A stretch of 64,000 bases of DNA from Lobosporangium transversale (lineage: Eukaryota): positions 310,001-374,000 of the forward strand of contig NW_019029019.1 of NCBI RefSeq assembly GCF_002105155.1, read 5' to 3'. This document shows positions 31,501-41,636 of this stretch, piece by piece. Numbering within the stretch: position 1 is the first letter of the stretch; each line of letters opens with the position of its first letter. A program made the position numbers and the translations under genes. Under the pieces are notes generated by a model. The model searched no databases, was not told the origin of the DNA, and worked only from the letters and a program-made list of their open reading frames with translations.

Positions 31501-34257
31501 GAATGGAAGCTCTCTGCGTCTATGAGTCTGTGGTCGTCTGGTATAAGCGTAGACCTCTCCAAGGATATGCCAAAAAGTACGTCGTTGCTCTATGTGCCTG
31601 CAGATGTAGATGTTCCTGCCGCTGACTTATTGGCGGATGTACCAGAAAATGCACATCTTTTGAACGATCGCGACCATACTAAGCTCATGGCGTCCATGAG
31701 GTCCAGACCCATTATGATTCTTGGAGGTGGGGGTACTGGCAAGACGGAGTGTATGCTGGATATGATCGAGCAGCAACTGGACATGGATACAGACTATGAC
31801 AACATGCAGCTTTATTTGGGAGCAACAGATTCGTTAGCCAACTGGTCGTCGGTGAGGCTACTAAAACGGAAGAGTATAACGGAACAGGGCTTTAGGATGG
31901 TATCGTTCACCAGTCTTCCATCTCTACTCACAAAGCTCTACATGTCGAGTAGCGCCATACGCGGGAGGCTCTTTGTGGATCGTAACGTATTTAGATCTGA
32001 ATATATGGATGCCATGCCTGCAATGGTCCGCAGTATTGGCGCCGATGAGCTCTACGATACTATCCTCGCACGCATGGATATAGAGGCACACAACAGTACT
32101 AGGTTCCTTAGGTCAGAGCACAAGACAGCGCACAAGGTGTACAAATCGATCAAAGCATCGCGTGGCCATATCGATGCTTACGATCTTCACGCACTTGTCA
32201 AACGAGACCCGCAACGATTAGTGGCTATGGCATCGAAGATAGCACGCATCTACTTAGATGAGGTCCAAGATATATCATGGACAATGTGGTCCGTAATCGA
32301 GATAATGCTCTCTGCACGCACCTCGAGCGTGGTGTGTGCTGGTGATTTTACACAGCGACTTACACCAGGGATTTCAGTCAATGGCATAAAGACGCTTATC
32401 TATAAACACCTCCCCAAGAGTATGGAGACCATTAGATTTAAGACAAATTATCGATCGGACCCTAACATTATATCGCTCGCAAACCGTATCCAATCGTACA
32501 CCCACATGAGAGAACACGCAATGGAACCGTCTCTCTATTCTAAGGAAAGCAGCAACTCCGTGACACTGGTAGAGATACAGGACATCGAGCATGAAAATGT
32601 AGCCGATGTGTTGCGCTATATCGGAGTACCATCCAACAACTACAGAGCTGCGATCGTCACATCGTCGTCATGGGCACATCGGCTTCGTGAGACTTTGGGT
32701 AAATCTCACAATGTCTTTAGTGCTTACGAATGCAAGGGTCTCGAGTTCGACCTTGTTGTGTGTTGGGATCTCTTCAACCCAAGCATGGGTGTAAAAACGT
32801 CGACTTTAAGGCATAACATGGGAGCTTCCACCTTAGATAAGGGTAATATTGAGGAAGACGAGAACTTTGAGATATACTTGAACCACCTCTACGTAACCGT
32901 TACAAGGGCACGCAAGCATCTTATAGTGGTCGTCCCACCGTGTGATAGAACCAGTATTATGATCAGGGCACTCGGGATTAACGATGTCGTCCATTACAGC
33001 GAGGTCCAGGAGCGTGGACCTCTGCCTGAAATTATCATTCCAATAGATGAGCTCAGTGTGTCTGACGATCTAAGAATGGCGATTGTAATGAGAGAGAGAG
33101 GCTTGCTTCAGCAGGCCCTCAACGTCTTTGAGCAGAATGGCGACGCTGCACAAGCAGGGTTTACAAGAGCTCTAATCCACCGAAAAGAGCACAGGCTTCG
33201 CGGGGAAGATCACGAGATCCAGCTTTGTATTTCTGAGTGTTACGGAGTGATCGAGGAATTGCACCAGTCGACAGAGAGTGTTCTCAAAATCGAGGATGTA
33301 AAGCTATTCCTTGCCCAGGCACTGGTCGCTGATAAGCAGTATGCTGAAGCCTGTTTGCTTTACGAAGACCTGGAGATGGAAGATGAACTGGTCGCGTGCC
33401 TAATCGAGGCAGTCGAATCAAAGTCTGAAGATGTAGCGCAGCTACAAGACCTTGTATCCGATCAAGCTGTAGCTATATGGGAGCATTTCAAGGACAACAA
33501 TAGATACGCAAGATTTGTTATTGCGTTAATGCTGATATTCAAATCTTCGCCTGTAGATATAGTCCAGTCGATGCTCTCGCACATTCCATCCAAGACAGGG
33601 CTTATTATGATGCATAACTCCCTGGTAGAGGCCAATAAAAGCGTATCTCCCATATGGGAAGTATTCCGAAGAAGAAAGTCGCTGCAGATTGGCCCCGGGT
33701 CAGAAGAGTCGGAGGAACTGACATTTTTAGAATGGAGCTCATTGCGACGCCTCGATGGCCGGCACGCTAACAAAGACTTGGGTTACATTATGTCTGCTCA
33801 TTGCTTGCCAAACTATCAGTCGTTAATGGCATGTCTGTTTGTTGGGCCTAGAAACAACATGACCACCGACATCTTGTCACTCCATATCCAATCGGGTGCT
33901 ATGCTAAAGGTGTGTCGATCGCTGGAAGTGCCTTTGAAGCATGTGGCAATGAAGATGAGCGAACTCTCGTGCCCCCTCCCAGATTTTATGACACTTCATT
34001 CCCAAATAAGCGAAGAAGAGTCAAGGATGCACCTGCTTGCCGAGGCGTACAAGATGCATAAGCTCAAGATGAGGGGTAGCGAGCATCAACTCACGCTCTT
34101 TAGATGGTGTGCAAAGATGAGTGGGGGTACGGATATTATCGAGATGATCTGCGCCGTGCTTAGAGAAGACAAAGAGATGTTGCTCGGCATTTACATTCCA
34201 GGAAACACTGCAAACGCAACACAGAAAGCACTACTTCGTCTGTTACACGAGAGGTGA
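28534..34257 (+). CDS. Dual-helicase gene copy 4 (~1907 aa from the first ATG)
   Basis: Same motifs. The ORF-track start at 28522 is TTG and there is an in-frame TAG at 28498-28500. The first ATG is 28534 (MKLLYDTQK, equivalent to MDLLYDTQK in copies 2 and 3). Confidence 0.88.
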   Translation: MKLLYDTQKLRTSLNKDEKAKRERGKMDTFKKDGYESVSLYTKRLIDMYKYEFGIKAAKALFGKIPDDYKLCDLRRVRNKNFRDSADKGLNEDDSELNEDDNKLNEDGGELNEGDGGLNGEDDEVNGDSEDVDKSSAEDWIFIGDAEMYNRNDIVVAVITKSFGDETGSKRYIGCLSHIFRIPQSRLCQYILTFNAQISPSQNIKVLMWTIENLTSYKRVVKSLSDGDAMRSIPELFLKGPMTDASPLTDDTIDIQDGVPESMNPMQKIAISRAIQEDGDKVVLIQGPPGCGKSTVIAEIIHLLTTHDRGNAGMRVLACAQTNVAVVDLAYKYVTTKKPKDKFACVMDMKLPKITDSRKRVVLEPFTIIARYHQVVNAVLHTVIRVFGRTPTACHGSTTKDGVKNIVAADFNACVESGLIELLPQRVRTLLMFTQAAIGGSTLPPDALARMKRFVSGMRNELKLFFEPIELESLLELCSVSQHTGSSARPTPIPIYEWVKQALLDAASVVFCTINIGISLTYNRRLDSLAYIVVDEAGQALEPDVAALMCVDSCFRRLILVGDPKQLPGYCASNRGKREMMDRSLMERLQTYRLCHSTLLDVQYRMHQDICAFVSRTFYDNRLTSDKSIHNRSPVTALPAVMHIMFRGSQASQSKITKTSVVNIDEARYIVAHVINVLLPSRRKQASSAKPVTKPESGSTSYADMAAKLPQKIEARQPAEAATVSIGIICIYKPQANVIQYLVDKALPQKLSEFNIVVKTIDSFQGQECDVIYVALTRTNKINAFMVNANRVNVAISRARHHLIVVGDANLSLTGKQGASLSSYWHKLCVGRRSMVIERKHMKNVPLYEGPEHVAAMKAVAMPVTPTTVKEIIAKALAATTPIWAIHYERLKVDPEIPQGIHILEYVVQALASGDFDAGDGGRTTRPLFRKQKGASLFFVTSVCDTVCLAWTVVVHGHRQAIELLGIGDKTFIEKKVWPLLRHDIKEQPEWKLSASMSLWSSGISVDLSKDMPKSTSLLYVPADVDVPAADLLADVPENAHLLNDRDHTKLMASMRSRPIMILGGGGTGKTECMLDMIEQQLDMDTDYDNMQLYLGATDSLANWSSVRLLKRKSITEQGFRMVSFTSLPSLLTKLYMSSSAIRGRLFVDRNVFRSEYMDAMPAMVRSIGADELYDTILARMDIEAHNSTRFLRSEHKTAHKVYKSIKASRGHIDAYDLHALVKRDPQRLVAMASKIARIYLDEVQDISWTMWSVIEIMLSARTSSVVCAGDFTQRLTPGISVNGIKTLIYKHLPKSMETIRFKTNYRSDPNIISLANRIQSYTHMREHAMEPSLYSKESSNSVTLVEIQDIEHENVADVLRYIGVPSNNYRAAIVTSSSWAHRLRETLGKSHNVFSAYECKGLEFDLVVCWDLFNPSMGVKTSTLRHNMGASTLDKGNIEEDENFEIYLNHLYVTVTRARKHLIVVVPPCDRTSIMIRALGINDVVHYSEVQERGPLPEIIIPIDELSVSDDLRMAIVMRERGLLQQALNVFEQNGDAAQAGFTRALIHRKEHRLRGEDHEIQLCISECYGVIEELHQSTESVLKIEDVKLFLAQALVADKQYAEACLLYEDLEMEDELVACLIEAVESKSEDVAQLQDLVSDQAVAIWEHFKDNNRYARFVIALMLIFKSSPVDIVQSMLSHIPSKTGLIMMHNSLVEANKSVSPIWEVFRRRKSLQIGPGSEESEELTFLEWSSLRRLDGRHANKDLGYIMSAHCLPNYQSLMACLFVGPRNNMTTDILSLHIQSGAMLKVCRSLEVPLKHVAMKMSELSCPLPDFMTLHSQISEEESRMHLLAEAYKMHKLKMRGSEHQLTLFRWCAKMSGGTDIIEMICAVLREDKEMLLGIYIPGNTANATQKALLRLLHER

Positions 34258-34800
34258 CCACAGGTGCGCTGGGTTAGGCTTATCTGGCCGTAGACCTATC
34301 CAGTATTAAATATCTTAAGTGATTTACATCGTTTTAAAATAAAACACTCTGATTCTCCCTTCTCCCTGGTATATTATGAAATGTGGGCTTACGAATGTTT
34401 CGAGTTCTTTTATTTTTTTTTTTTATTTTTTAATGAAGCCTGCTATCTATCTGGTTTCGAATAGAAGGATGCGTTGAATGTTGTCTTCTAGTGAAATATT
34501 ATGTCTTTGAATAGGAGATAGAAGATTGCGAAAGTCTTTGATGGGAAAGGATGTGCCAGGGAATAACACGATAATATTCTGTAGAGCTTCAACAACATCA
34601 GCCAGCACTTACGATATAACCAGAACCAGAATTGATGTTTAAAGTACACATGTTTAATGCTATTTACTCTACCAACTCCTTGTATATAAGATGAACTGGT
34701 TAAGTAACCAAAAAAAAAAAATAAGCTCTGTCAATTGCTGGGGCTGGGACAAACTGCTGCTGAGGAGATCGTCTCTCGCCCTTATTTCTCATTTTCCATG

Positions 34801-35284
34801 GGGGCTCTAGCTGACTATCTCCCGAAAAAATAAAAATAAATAGTAGAAGGGGTTTCAGTTTGTTATATATGCTTGTAAGCGTTTCATGTTTTGCTTGTGT
34901 GATACTCGAAGCAAGTAGACAGGAGTGGAAAAAAGGCTTAAATACACACTGCTGTGCTTAGAAATGTGGGTATTTATTACTTCGCCAATTTTTTTAAGAG
35001 ACAGCTTTGAGCCTATATAACCTAGGATATTTTTCTCTATACCCTCGCTTCTCCCATTACCCCACCTGCTCATCTCTTCTGGATTGTTTTTTGTTTCTTC
35101 ATACGGAACCAAAATAACCATTCCTGCACTTGCACCAATCCATATCCAACACAAGAAACTTCAGTAGTTACTTCAATTTCAAAAAGTAAACAGCTCATAT
35201 CAAGCATGATCCGGTTCATTGATAAACTCGGTTCTTTTCATACTCACACGCAAAAAAAAATAAAATAAATCCCGCTTTTGTTAG
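34801..35284 (+). promoter_or_regulatory. Conserved promoter/5'UTR block of the 3CxxC genes (also ~40080-40637 and ~42125-42986; derivative upstream of the helicases)
   Basis: Shared GGCTCT..TATC(C/T)CCGAA, AAATGTGGG and GA(G/C/A)CCTATA(T/A)AA TATA-like elements, plus a probable 5'UTR intron (GTAA...TACTCAC-polyA-TTAG|ATG). Confidence 0.6.
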
Positions 35285-36067
35285 ATGGATCCTACACTTT
35301 TACCTGACCCAGCTTCTCGTTCCGGAATTGGGTCATTTTACAGCTGGCTCTTAAACCAAAAAAGATATGACATCAACCGTTTGGCGATGCAAGACTATCC
35401 TACATGGGCAAAACGAGTGGTTCATGCTGAACGCAAGCGATACAAAGACAAAGGAACAGATAGACCAACAAAAGCTGATAAAAAAAAAGTTCTGGATTTC
35501 GGTGAAGGAGTTGGCTCACAATCGCCACAACCAAACGATAATCAGCAAGGGTCAGTTGATAGTAGTCAGCAGCCGCCCACAGAACTGGAAGAGGAAAAGA
35601 AAAAAGAGAAAGGGCCAGGTCAAGGGGAATATGATGCTGAATACCTTCATATGCATGTTGCGGAGAAAGCAACATACGATATCATCTATGATAAAAACCT
35701 TCCCAGGCATACTAGGCCGTACCGTTTACAGAACTTCTGGGGACACTTTGTCTGTAAAACAGAGGAATGCGAGGAAAAAGAATGGATATCAGCCATCATC
35801 GCCAGTCGCCTGGTTTTTTCCAGGTCCGATAATTCCTACAAGGTCATACTTCATGCTCAGAAGTGCAGACAATGCGAACGCTATGCCAAACCTATTGTGG
35901 ATCCGGAGGCCTATGCTCAGCGGGTGGTCTTTGTTTTGGACTTGTGGCTGGGCCTTAGAGAAAGGATAGAGTCCACTGAATCTGGACTCAAAACCAGGGG
36001 TCCTCATGATATCAATCGCTGCCATGGATGCGCGGTAGGCGAGTGTAAAAATGCACTAGAGGAGTGA
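35285..36067 (+). CDS. zf-3CxxC (RTP-family-like) zinc-binding protein, copy 1 (260 aa)
   Basis: GHFVCKTEEC..EWIS, HAQKCRQC...KP and PHDINRCHGCAVGEC give the three-CxxC + His pattern of zf-3CxxC. Confidence 0.88.
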   Translation: MDPTLLPDPASRSGIGSFYSWLLNQKRYDINRLAMQDYPTWAKRVVHAERKRYKDKGTDRPTKADKKKVLDFGEGVGSQSPQPNDNQQGSVDSSQQPPTELEEEKKKEKGPGQGEYDAEYLHMHVAEKATYDIIYDKNLPRHTRPYRLQNFWGHFVCKTEECEEKEWISAIIASRLVFSRSDNSYKVILHAQKCRQCERYAKPIVDPEAYAQRVVFVLDLWLGLRERIESTESGLKTRGPHDINRCHGCAVGECKNALEE

Positions 36068-38082
36068 AGGACTTATCTTTGTCATACAATAGCTCTGGTA
36101 TTAACAGATACGAGAATTAAATAAAATAATAAAAGATGAAAATGAAAACATATTCTAGAACTCTAAGTATCCTCAAGTTGCCTTCAATAGATATTAGACA
36201 CCAATATGTCTCTCCTCAGTTCGTTTGTCACCTCTCCTCTTCATTATAAAGGTAGGTTAAACTGCTTGTAATTGAATTAAAAGTAACCATGAGAGACTGC
36301 TTTATTGTATAACAATCATTGCTTCTTCCTTCTTCCTTCTTCCTTTACTTTATGACATAGAATATGAAGATGTTCGATGATGCACCTGTCATTAACCATT
36401 TTTTTACTTTTTTTTAGAGGATCAGAACCATGGTGAGAAATGCGAATCCCAGGAGCAGTTATTTTCACCAGTACATCAAAGCCCAAAGATCTTTTTTCAC
36501 CTTTGAACTTGATTAATATATGTTTTAGTGATGGAGCATGTATGATTTATACCCTGATACAAAAGATGTTTTTTTTTTGGCAAATACATCGGTTCACATG
36601 GCGAAAACCATTGATCTCAAGAGCCAAAAAGTAAAACCCGAGAACCTGATGCAAGGACAGAATTCTGTGCCGCCTTCTGCCTAAATGAGACTTCATTGGT
36701 TACACCAGCAATTTTGATATCGCTTTTGAAGGCGAGGAATAGTTGGATTCGAGATTTTAAGGGCTGCGGCTCCGATACATGGAGTTCTGCTGCTTCTCGG
36801 GCACCAGTAGTTCCAAGAAGGGCTTTTACCGAGTGGATGGAACAGGTGATTATTGACTATACTCTACCTATTTCAAGTATTTGTAGCAATTTCTTCATTT
36901 ACCATTCCCAATCTTTGCCCCAGCATCCGCAGCTCGCCCCTTCTCATTCTGATGTGCTCTCGTCATCGGTGGTAGAGTCATCAGAAATGCTTACTACTGA
37001 GTCATCATCGCCCAGTACCAATATATCCCGTTGCCAGAATGGTAAGAGCGAGTCATCATACTCTACTCCAAAGAACTTGAACAAGTAGCAGAAGTGACTT
37101 GAAGGCCGGATCAAAGCACAGTGAGTAGAGGGCTCAATCAATCTAAGGTGATAGGATTCAGCGAGGCGTTGTATTTCATTATGTTGAGGCTGTCAATCTT
37201 TATGACGGTTACGACGCCGCTATTGGCGGATCTTAGCCTGAGTCATGCTGCGCCGCAAAGGATGCGCTTATTTTTCGGGTCTACGAGCAGAGTCTGCGCC
37301 TCCAAAATGTATTAAGAGCAACATCTATATCTGAAGAGAGAGCGAACACATACTACTCCAACAACCCAGGATGATCGTAATATCATGTCGATACTTGTTT
37401 TTGGGATTTCTGATGTTCAGAGAACGCATCGAACCTTTGGTCAAAACTTTATACAACCACATTGATGCAGATGATTGTTTGCACGGGTTGTTAGGCTTTT
37501 AGGCATGTTTCATCCTGTCATCCTGCTGTACCACCTTCAAATTATGCGCATATGTGCATACACATTTGACATTTTAAAATTAATCGGATATTCAAGGAAT
37601 TGTTCAAGTATTTACCGAGTAAGGCATTGAAGGAGAAGGATAAATGTATCATATGGTAGTACATCAAGTATAGCAATGCCAACACAAACATAATAAAGAG
37701 TGTTCGTAAGCAGTGCTGTGCTGGATTGCAATAACACTGAATATGTTGTGTGCACCCTGTGATCTTGTGGAACCAAATTGTTCATCTTATTTATGCCATT
37801 AATGCATTTGAAGAGCTGCATTGCCAAGAGTAAGGAAATCACAGAGCCTGAGTTTTGTAGAAATGTATCATGTTGATACTTTGGCAATGGTCTAATGACT
37901 ATTACATTGAAACCTTAAACATCAATGTATAAAGGCAAAGAACAGCTGTGTGAAATATTTATGGGACTCAAAATTGTATAAAGGGCCTATCATTTCTCTC
38001 AACTTCAAAACTAATTACCCATACACCTATTCCATTCGATAATTAAGTAAAAGCCATCTTACTTCATCTGTTTGTCGCCATT

Positions 38083-39423
38083 ATGTCTCAAGATCAGTTC
38101 CATCACTATATACCACGCTTCATATTGAAGAGCTTCTCTGATAACTTCCAACTGAAACCTTCAAGTATTTTCTCACCAAATGCCTCAGGTAACTTCACAG
38201 AAGTGCCTTTTTCAAAAGGGCCAGTGGGGAGCAAGGGAAATAGTGGAGGGGATAGCGTGGGAAGCAACAGGAAAGGTAACAGAAGGAAAAGCAGTGGGAT
38301 CAACAAAAGAGATAGCAGAGAAGGCGATAAAGAAGGCGGTCATGAAGCCAAGGAGCAAAATCCTATTATTGATTTTCCTATTTATGTGTATCGAGCGCTG
38401 GAGAAAACAATCGCACAGAGCGACGTTAGCAGAGTGTATGGTCTTCAGAACATGTACCAGGACATTGCTGAAGTCGATAGTATGAGGTTTGAGAAGGAGC
38501 TCGCCAAGTTGGAATGCACCTCTGCGACGTTCATTCATAAGATCCGATCTGGCGAAGAACTACTGTTGACGCGGACTCAACTAGCAGACTTCAAGAGGTT
38601 CCTAGCCATCATGACATACAGGAGTGAGTGCCGAAGGGAACAGTATTACGAGTGTCGATTTGATATTATGACACTTCTATCGATTCGAAAACACATGTCC
38701 CAAAACAATATTGACAGAGTTCAAGACGTATGGTTCGAGAATCTCAAATGGATCATCAAGACCCCTCACGACGAAATCATTAAGGAGAGCTCAGCTCTCG
38801 ATCCGAAAGGCGTCAAGACTCCCATGGATACTATGTTTGCTTTGAGCAAATATAAAGGACCTATTCACGTTGCAGAACTTATGGACTATTATAACTTAGT
38901 GTGCAACTACGTGTGTGTCTGGCAAGCGGAAGAAGGGTCTGAATTTATCCTAACCGACAAGTGCTTTGGTGCGTTCGAAGGTGACATGGGTGTATGCTTC
39001 CACAACTTCTATGTTGTGTCGCCGAAATATGTCGTCGTTCTTGTGAACCGTCTTTACATGTGGGACCTTATGAAGACCACGGGTCTCCGGAAGTCGTGGT
39101 TTGGGGATGAGCTCCATGCCAATCCAGATGTTATCTATACGAAAAAGCCTATGAGAGGTGCGGAAGACTTTACTCCAACAGACGTGTTCAAATACAAAAG
39201 GATTGTTGTCCCAAAAGAGAAAGTGTATCTCTGTAACAGCATCCTTTTGGATGCTAGTCCCAAGTATATAACATACAAGTCCGATATCTCCATGTACAGA
39301 TCTTTAAGATACTACGACAAAACTAAGGAAGATCTGTTCACCTTCAAATATGGTTACCATGTCCTAAAGCGCGAAGTATTAGCTAATCTCAAGGCAAAGG
39401 TGAATAGAACACATTGCTCCTAG
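38083..39423 (+). CDS. DUF4238-family protein, copy 1 (446 aa)
   Basis: N-terminal QFHHYIPRFILKSF, QNMY, EKELAKLE, EFILTD and VSPKY match the DUF4238 signature (HHYVPxFxL..F / NxY / E..L..LE / FITSD / PxSP). Confidence 0.82.
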   Translation: MSQDQFHHYIPRFILKSFSDNFQLKPSSIFSPNASGNFTEVPFSKGPVGSKGNSGGDSVGSNRKGNRRKSSGINKRDSREGDKEGGHEAKEQNPIIDFPIYVYRALEKTIAQSDVSRVYGLQNMYQDIAEVDSMRFEKELAKLECTSATFIHKIRSGEELLLTRTQLADFKRFLAIMTYRSECRREQYYECRFDIMTLLSIRKHMSQNNIDRVQDVWFENLKWIIKTPHDEIIKESSALDPKGVKTPMDTMFALSKYKGPIHVAELMDYYNLVCNYVCVWQAEEGSEFILTDKCFGAFEGDMGVCFHNFYVVSPKYVVVLVNRLYMWDLMKTTGLRKSWFGDELHANPDVIYTKKPMRGAEDFTPTDVFKYKRIVVPKEKVYLCNSILLDASPKYITYKSDISMYRSLRYYDKTKEDLFTFKYGYHVLKREVLANLKAKVNRTHCS

Positions 39424-40586
39424 GCCCTTCTCGAAGGACTTTTCTAAGACATTACATTTTTTCCTCCTCTCCTCATAAACAAAGGTTGTAGTTGTTGAAA
39501 ACAGCTTGGTGAAAATAAAATAATAGGCCTTTCAGCCATTGCTAAAAAAGAACCAGTACCAAAGTTTAGGAGAGGGTCAATTAAGTTATAGAGTCAGTTT
39601 TTTTTTTTTTTAGTGTTTCTTCCTGAATGGTACAGCTTTGCAGCGTGGGCCAACTTCAGAACAACTTCGAGATCATCAGGTTCCTCTGCATTCCTTTAGT
39701 GAAATTTGGCCTGTCGCCATCAAGCATTCCCTTTGATATTTATCCGAGGTTAACCATTCATTTCTGTAAGTCAGTGACTATGGTGATAAGTATATTAGGC
39801 GCTACAATAGATATTCTCTTAAGAGAGCAAGAAAACGTAAAATATGGTCACATATATGAGCCTACAACTAATAGAGGATAGAAGAAAAGAAAAGACTACA
39901 AGAGTCCCAGATGGGTAGCGCAGTGCCAGACAGTGCCACTTCTCTCGTATTGAGGAACAGTTGATTAAATAAAAAGCGAAACAATGTCAGGTAAACAGTT
40001 GTCGACCATTGCTTAATGTCATACAAAACACCAGTAGATGGAATAAACAAGGTGATTGGCACAAAATAGGAGGAAAGGCCCAGGCTCTACTTTTTATCCC
40101 CCGAAAAAATACAAGCTGCTATCTCACCACATGCATACAGGTTGTGTTCTAATGTCCTTATTTAATAAACACACCAACACTAAGATGGCTCCAAGCAAAA
40201 AATCTAAGCACGGAAATGGGTTTAAATACACACAGATGCTGTGCTTGTTTGTTTGTATATGCCAAAGTAATCAAGGTGCTGTAGCACTTGAAAATGTGGG
40301 CTTTTCTTGCTTCGCCAAATCTTATTTTTTTACAGATGACTTTTGACCCTATAAAAACCTGCTACATGTAACTTGTTATATCCCTGTCGCCCCTTTCATC
40401 TCGCTCCCTTCATTTCTTTAGCTTGTTCTCTATTCTTCATACGGGGTCAGGGGATCATCACCACACTTACATCGATACACATTCAACACAAGGCACGTCA
40501 ACAACTACTTCGATTTCTAAAAGTAAGCAGCCCACATCAAACACAGACCCTGTTCATCGATCAAAGTCAGCTCTTTCAGTACTCAC

Positions 40587-40622
<36 letters not shown>

Positions 40623-40637
40623 ACCCTCTTATATTAG

Positions 40638-41366
40638 ATGAATCCCGCGAATTTGCCAGCCCAAGCTAATCGCACCAGAATTGGTTCGTTTTACAGCAGG
40701 GTCTGGAGGCTAGTTGACTTAGATGACTTATTGGAGCAAGACTATCCAACCTGGGCAGGAAATGTGATCCGAGCAGAACGCAATCGACGCATACATATGG
40801 GAACAGAACCGCCAACAAATTTTGAAAGAGTTTTAATCCTGGATTTCGCTGAAGAGCTCACTAATGATTTATTCGAACCAGGTGATAACCAACCGGAACA
40901 GGCAGAGTTTGATGGTGAATATCTTCATACGCACGTTGCTGCTGTAGCATCATACGACATCGTCTATAATAATACTCTTTGTAGGAATGATAAAAAGCTT
41001 TCCAAAGCAAACAAAAATGTCAAGGGGCGTTTCGTCTGCGGAACTGAGAGATGCGGGAACCGTGAATGGGAGTCATCTGTTATCGCCACCAACCTGAGGT
41101 TTTCTAAGGTTGGCAACTCCTACAAGGCCACGCTTCATGCCCAGCAGTGCAATCGATGCGAAAAATATGCAGAGCCTATTGTTGAGGTGGAAACCTATGT
41201 TGAACGGGTAGTCTACATGTTGGACCTATGGATGGGTGTTAGAGAAAGGGAGAAGCCCTCTGAAACGAATAGAAGAGCCAGACGTCCTCATGATAGGTCT
41301 CGCTGCCATGGCTGTAAAGTAGGCGAGTGCCCAAATGTAACAAGAGGAAGGAGGAGGAGGTCATGA
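40638..41366 (+). CDS. zf-3CxxC protein, copy 2 (242 aa)
   Basis: GRFVCGTERC..EWESS, QQCNRC and PHDRSRCHGCKVGEC; paralog of 35285. Confidence 0.88.
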   Translation: MNPANLPAQANRTRIGSFYSRVWRLVDLDDLLEQDYPTWAGNVIRAERNRRIHMGTEPPTNFERVLILDFAEELTNDLFEPGDNQPEQAEFDGEYLHTHVAAVASYDIVYNNTLCRNDKKLSKANKNVKGRFVCGTERCGNREWESSVIATNLRFSKVGNSYKATLHAQQCNRCEKYAEPIVEVETYVERVVYMLDLWMGVREREKPSETNRRARRPHDRSRCHGCKVGECPNVTRGRRRRS

Positions 41367-41564
41367 TAGACCTTGGTTCCTTAGTTGAGGGGAAAATTTA
41401 AAAAAAAATTCCCTATTGCTACTCCTATGGAGCATAACACGCAGAGGCCAGTAATGAAACAGTTGCAAATCAGCCTCTTATCAAAGTAACATTAGAATGA
41501 GCAGTTGATCCACTATCTTCTGATTGCAAGCCAGGACAAGTCAGAGAGTGTAAATATCAGGCTT

Positions 41565-41636
41565 TATTATCATTATTATCATTATTATCATTATCATTAT
41601 TATCATTATTATCATTATCATTATTATCATTATTAT
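41565..41636. repeat. (ATT/ATC)n microsatellite
   Basis: attatcattattatcatt... run. Confidence 0.9.

Larger units (their letters stand above)
1..34720 (+). repeat. Tandem segmental duplication: at least four units of helicase gene + spacer (period 8366 bp between the copy 2 and copy 3 start codons)
   Basis: Spacers 2612-5616, 11341-13982, 19665-20670/25140-28500 and 34258-34720 share long collinear non-coding blocks. About 4760-5870 is near-identical to about 13115-14235. Confidence 0.95.

Noticed and set aside
5613..34257. Many short antisense and alternative-frame ORFs inside the helicase genes
   Set aside because: Shadows of the long coding frames; they repeat only because the genes are paralogous.
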